Below are positions 59,101 to 64,000 of a stretch of 64,000 bases of DNA, in pieces (position 1 is the first letter of the stretch; every line of letters begins with the position of its first letter). Made by a program: the position numbers and the translations under genes. The notes beneath the pieces are model-generated. The model worked only from the letters and a program-made list of their open reading frames with translations. It made no database searches and was not told the DNA's origin. The stretch is from Thalia democratica (lineage: Eukaryota): contig OZ241826.1 in the NCBI GenBank assembly GCA_965202585.1, forward strand, positions 76,074,001-76,138,000, given 5' to 3'.

Positions 59101-60574
59101 CTTTTGGACTCAACGAGACAGCCATTGCAAACGGTGGTATTGACGGAGAAGACCCGGCATTCAAGAACATCCAACAGTCTGTAAGTCGAAACCAAATAAA
59201 GAACTTAATTTTTAATTTTTTCAAGTTTAAAACACACCGCAAAATTTACGTTTGAAATATAAACTGTTTTGTCACAAAGTATACTCTCTTTTTATAAGTG
59301 GGTTACAAAACTTCTTTTAACATTACCATATCCTTAATATGCTATGTTAACGACATAAGACACTAATTTTCATAGTTTTTGCTAAAATAGATTAAATAAA
59401 AGTCCAAAATCAACTGCAAAATGTGTTTTACCAAAGCTATTGTTCTTCCTCATTACAGTTCAGCTGCTGCGGCGTGTCGACGATCTGCGACGGATTCGAG
59501 GTAGACTTTTACGAGGGATGCGAGTGTGATGTGCCTAGCGACAACTGCGCTGTCGTACAAGCTAAAAACGATCTCGATTGCCCATCTTCAAATGGTCAGA
59601 CCGTATTCCAGACTGTCAGTTTGCTGTGTTTTAAGTTCTTTTTTTTTGTAGCTTTTTCCTATAACTTTGGTATCAGCTTTTCGAGTAATCAGTTCAAAAG
59701 TTTTCATTTCAAAAATCACTTTTTTAAGCATGATCCACGTAAACCTTTTAAATTTAAAGAGGTATCGCTTGCAATTGTATATGGCTAATGTAGATTTAAT
59801 TTACCTAGTACTGTTTAGAAACATTTTTGTTTTACATATTATAAACATAACCATCAAAAGAACATAAAATATTACAAAGTTTCAGTGTTGTTTTAAAACT
59901 TCTCAGGTTTAAATTAAACAAAAAAATGCCATTCATTTTAAATTTATTTCATCAAACTCCGTTCATGTTTTATTTTCGCTCATACAAAAAAACTCAAACA
60001 CAAGGACACATTTCAAGGCAAACAAACACGACAAACATCATTCCTGTTAATGTTTAACCGAGTTCCAAACATCATCTTCACTGTCTATGACGTAAACAGA
60101 CTAATTCGTTATATTTCTTTAGTAAGTCGTATATGTTTTTGCAGCCGTGCAACGAGGCGATATACGAGTTTGTGGACGACAACATGCTGCTGGTGGCGGG
60201 AATCGCGCTTGGCATCGGGCTGGCTGAAGTGAGGGAATTCGATTGATACTGTTTTGATAATTTGTTAACTAGAGCAAACGTAAATATTAAATGTTTTTAA
60301 TTTAAATTCAATATAAAAATGTCTCTAGAGCACGAAATAAAAATAGTCAAAAACGTTTAGCTGAACATCTAGTGTTAGAAAACTTTAAACGTTTTTTGTT
60401 ATTCAATATGTTAATACAATAGTTAAAAACTAATGCACTTTATAAATGTAATAAACTTATCATAAGCTTATCATATTGTATTTTTTTAAACAATTTTATT
60501 TATTCAAGGTTCTCGGTATGATAATCGCCTGTTGCCTGTGCAATCATGTCAAAGAAAAGGGTCAAGTAGCGTAG
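56180..60574 (+). CDS. TSPAN: Tetraspanin B (TSPAN8-like), 8 coding exons, 242 aa; tandem paralog of tetraspanin A
   Basis: Exons 56180-56236 ([19 protein letters not shown]), 57552-57648, 58658-58755 ([16 protein letters not shown]), 58941-59015, 59085-59180, 59459-59614 (FSCCG...GCEC...), 60145-60228, 60509-60574 (TAG). Same intron phases as A, and the same lengths for exons 1-4 and 7. Confidence 0.93.
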
Positions 60575-61995
60575 AAAAACGTAGAAATTCATAAATAGTT
60601 TTGCAAAAAAAAACTTTAATTTCAATTTATTAGATGCATGTAATTAATTAAATTTACATTCTAGCTGATTAGCATTGGTAGAAATTATAAACTGTTGAAT
60701 TTTCAAATACATTTTCAAATCCTAGCTTTTATGTGACTTGAAACATTTTCATATGAGTAAACCATATTTTACTATGCATTTTAAAACTGTTGACACTTTT
60801 ATTGCTGTTGTTTTCACTTTCCTTGAAAAAATGTAACAAGTTTTTTTTTAGTAAATTTCATCAGTTTTGTAGCTTGTCATACGTTCCAAAAATATTAGTT
60901 TACTCTAATACACCTAACATAAGTAAACACCTGTTTTAATTTAGTTATTTTTGAAACCAATAAAGCTATTTAAAAGTTCTATCAAATTAGAAATTATTTT
61001 AATAGGGTTTATCAATTTTATAACGCTTTAAAACTTGAACAGTATAAAAGTTCAGTTGTAAATTTATAACTACCTTAATTATTATCATTTCAATCATTGT
61101 AGGGTTAATAATCTAACTTTAGGAAACGTTTTAGTATGCCTACATAGACATAATGTAGTATAACTATTACATAAACACTTTTTTTCAAGATAAAGCTAAG
61201 TTATTAATTATGTAAGAGCAAAATTTGTACCTTGCTAGAAGTAATCATCTCTACAAATATTTTAGAAAATCCGTATAACAGTTTAAAATTTTACTAAGTA
61301 TGTGTATGCGTATAGAAAAAAAAGTAATAAGTTTAGTTTAACCTAGTAACTTGTATTAATAAAACTTTTAAATTCCTTTAATGCAAAAGTTTGTTACCTT
61401 CTAAGAACAGTTCAAAGGAAATTGAAACTTTAAATAAACCTTATGCTTTATCGCTCTTGAAACGTATTAGTTAATCAGCAAATAGTGTTTAAAACTTTGA
61501 ACAAGTTTGGCTAAACTTTTAATTTTATTATAAAAGTATAACTTTTAGATTTAATTTCAGTGAACTATAAATTGTGCAAGTAGACCTGAAATCGATATTT
61601 TGTTGTTTACTTTGAAATTTTATTATTCGGTAGATGTAGACGTAACGGAATATTCTAATTTTGAATTGTTTTAAAATATAAACTGAGAGTATTTAAAAAA
61701 ATATTCTGTCTGCTAAGTTAAAAAATAGTTTAAATTCAAATGAAAATCACAAATAACTATCCAAAATCGTAGCAACAGTCAATACTGATTGTTAGTTGCC
61801 ATAATTTTAGGTTTTGTAAACCTAGCGGTTGTAATCCTTTAGTTTTTTTACGTTTAGACTGTCTTGCTTCTTATTGTGAATTATAAAAAGTAAAATCTAT
61901 AATTCTAGAAGAAGTAATTTTAAAAAATTATAATTCATAGCTGCTCTGCTATAAAAACAAAACTATAGTTCGCTACTATACAAAACTGTAGACTA

Positions 61996-62123
61996 TATAA
62001 GTTTATTGAACGACAAAAAAAACGCTCAAAATATTTGGTTCTAGGACCTGGTGCACGAAAAACCTTTCGGTTATTGAGTCGCACACCACTTGGAAGACTT
62101 TTAACGTTTTTTCCACGGCGTAG
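61996..62123. repeat. Short dispersed element, copy 2
   Basis: Same family and orientation as 44040-44163. Flanked by the 12-bp direct repeat AACTGTAGACTA (61984-61995 and 62124-62135). Confidence 0.8.
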
Positions 62124-64000
62124 AACTGTAGACTACTATGTACTAGTATATTAACTTGTTTATCAGACCAACCTATGAAAACTTCTAAAGTCTATAAAGC
62201 ATGTTATTAGGTAGAAGCTCTTATAGATGAAAAAAAAACAGTTTAAAAAATTTATTCAAGTTATCAACCTTTTTTTTCAAAAAACCAGAGCAAACATTAT
62301 CAAATAAAGTTATTTTTAGCTAAAAGTTTTAAAGATTATTTTGGGATATTTTGGTGTGTCGTTTTTTTTCAAAAATTTGTTTGCTAACACATAAATATGT
62401 TAAACTAATTTTATGAATTGACTATTTGAATCAATGTTTTAGTTTAGCACTTATTGTAAAGGTTCACAGTAGTTTTGTGTTTTCGGGTAATTTTTTTGTA
62501 TTAAAGAAAAAAGCTAGTTGTTTCAGTAGTTTTATAATGAAAAACGTAGTTATCCATTAAAAGTTTAGTTTAAGTTTTAGTTTAAGTTTTAGTTTAACTT
62601 TTGTAATTACGAGTTATTTGTTTTAAAAATATAACCTGTGAAAAATAATTGAAGAAAGTTATTTTTTTTCCAAGTTTAGTTTAATTACATCGTCCAAAAA
62701 TTTACCGTATTTTAAATTTATAAATATTCTTTCATTCTTGTACTCTCAAGTTTAAAGCAGGTATATGAGATTTTAAAATTTCTTTAATAAATATCAAATT
62801 AATGTCTAACATTGTTTGCAGTAGTTGAAAAAGTTAAAGTCTTCTAACTTTCAAAATAAAATTTAAAATAACTACTGTCAACAATAAGTTGATAACAATA
62901 TTTTCATAAATTTTATTAATTTATGTACTGTGGTTTAACTTATAAAGGTAAAAACTTGTATAAAAAATTTAAAATTTAAAATATAAATACTGTTTTAATT
63001 TCAATAATAGCAAAGTGTTCATAGTGAAACTTGTAGATAAGTTCTCAAGTTTCAATTTAATATATAACAGGCTTAAAATTAATAATGATAAGTAAAGCAA
63101 TATGACAGAAATAAAACTATGCGTCAGTTTGTAAAACACTTTTACTTATAAACATTCTTAATACATACTTTTTTTTTAAATACAGTTAAAAACTAAGCTT
63201 ATGCAATTTTAAAAAGTAGTAGAAATTTTTTTATTAAAACAACTAAATTTAAAACTTGGTACCATATTTGTAAAACTCTATAAAAAGAACTAAACTTGTG
63301 AAAAACTCTGTTTGACTTTGTACAGGTGTACATAGGGTTAATGTATAATTGAATTACAGATTTTATAAAAATAATTAATTACAAATAATATACAAAATGT
63401 GCGTCTACAAACTGGTCAAGGCCTTGTTTTTCACCTTCAATGTAATTTTTTGGGTGAGTTGTTGTTCAAATTTTGTTAGTAGTTGTTATGTTCTCTATTT
63501 TTTAAAATTTATCGTAATTTAACTAATCAAAAACAAAACATAGATATTAACCAACTGCGTAATAAATTAAGTTAATGAATTTATTAAATAAATAATTTAA
63601 AGAATAGAAAAATAAATAGACATTCCACAAGTGAACAGTTTTTTTTTTATTTTACTATACAATCTAAAGCTGCAGTTTAAATATACTAAAGTTGTTTATC
63701 AAAATTTTGAATAAAAGTACAGACACTTTTCTAATTAAAAATAAAGTCACATATAAATTGTGTGTTTTTTTGAAAAAACCACATTCTCTTTTATAAAGTT
63801 AAACAGTTGACTGATGTGCTTACCTAAACTAAACTGATTAAAAAAAGACAGAGCAAACATCATAAAATAAAGTTTTTTACTTTTAAATTAAAGTAAAAAT
63901 TTTAACAAAAAAATTCAAGCTATATTCTTCTTGTAGAGTTTTATTTATTCAAAAAAGATTAAATATTAACTTTGATTATTTTCTAAACATTTTTTCAAAC

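Noticed and set aside
62558-62600. Short (TTTAGTTTAAGT)-type tandem repeat
   Set aside because: Ordinary slippage minisatellite in AT-rich DNA.
1-64000. CRISPR arrays, rRNA, tRNA genes, operons or autonomous transposase/RT ORFs
   Set aside because: None seen; the DNA is intron-containing eukaryotic sequence, and its repeats lack a constant-repeat/unique-spacer structure.

Overview
AT-rich eukaryotic (metazoan) genomic DNA with spliceosomal introns and GC-richer exons; no prokaryotic features. A tunicate or other invertebrate chordate is my inference, not shown by the sequence. Gene content, left to right: (1) a Shroom-family gene on + (26 hand-assembled exons, 15663-31215, about 1300 codons, C-terminal ASD2 domain). 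A 15-kb 5' region precedes it with several candidate alternative first exons, one possibly a degenerate PDZ. (2) An intronless SLC43-family MFS transporter on - (35053-36432). (3) An intronless orphan ORF on + (40764-41522). (4) Two tandem TSPAN8-like tetraspanins on + (46564-50264 and 56180-60574) with identical intron phases. Non-autonomous DNA transposons include a Charlie-type hAT MITE with a perfect 8-bp TSD and a two-copy family with 6-bp TSDs. Best candidates for something undescribed: a triplicated ~120-bp stem-loop module at 6.3-6.7 kb, a near-complete hammerhead-ribozyme-like sequence at 39.1 kb, a young exon duplicate at 20.9 kb, a sharp codon-composition switch inside the SLC43 exon, and the orphan ORF. 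All gene models and structures were derived by eye, with no database search or folding software.
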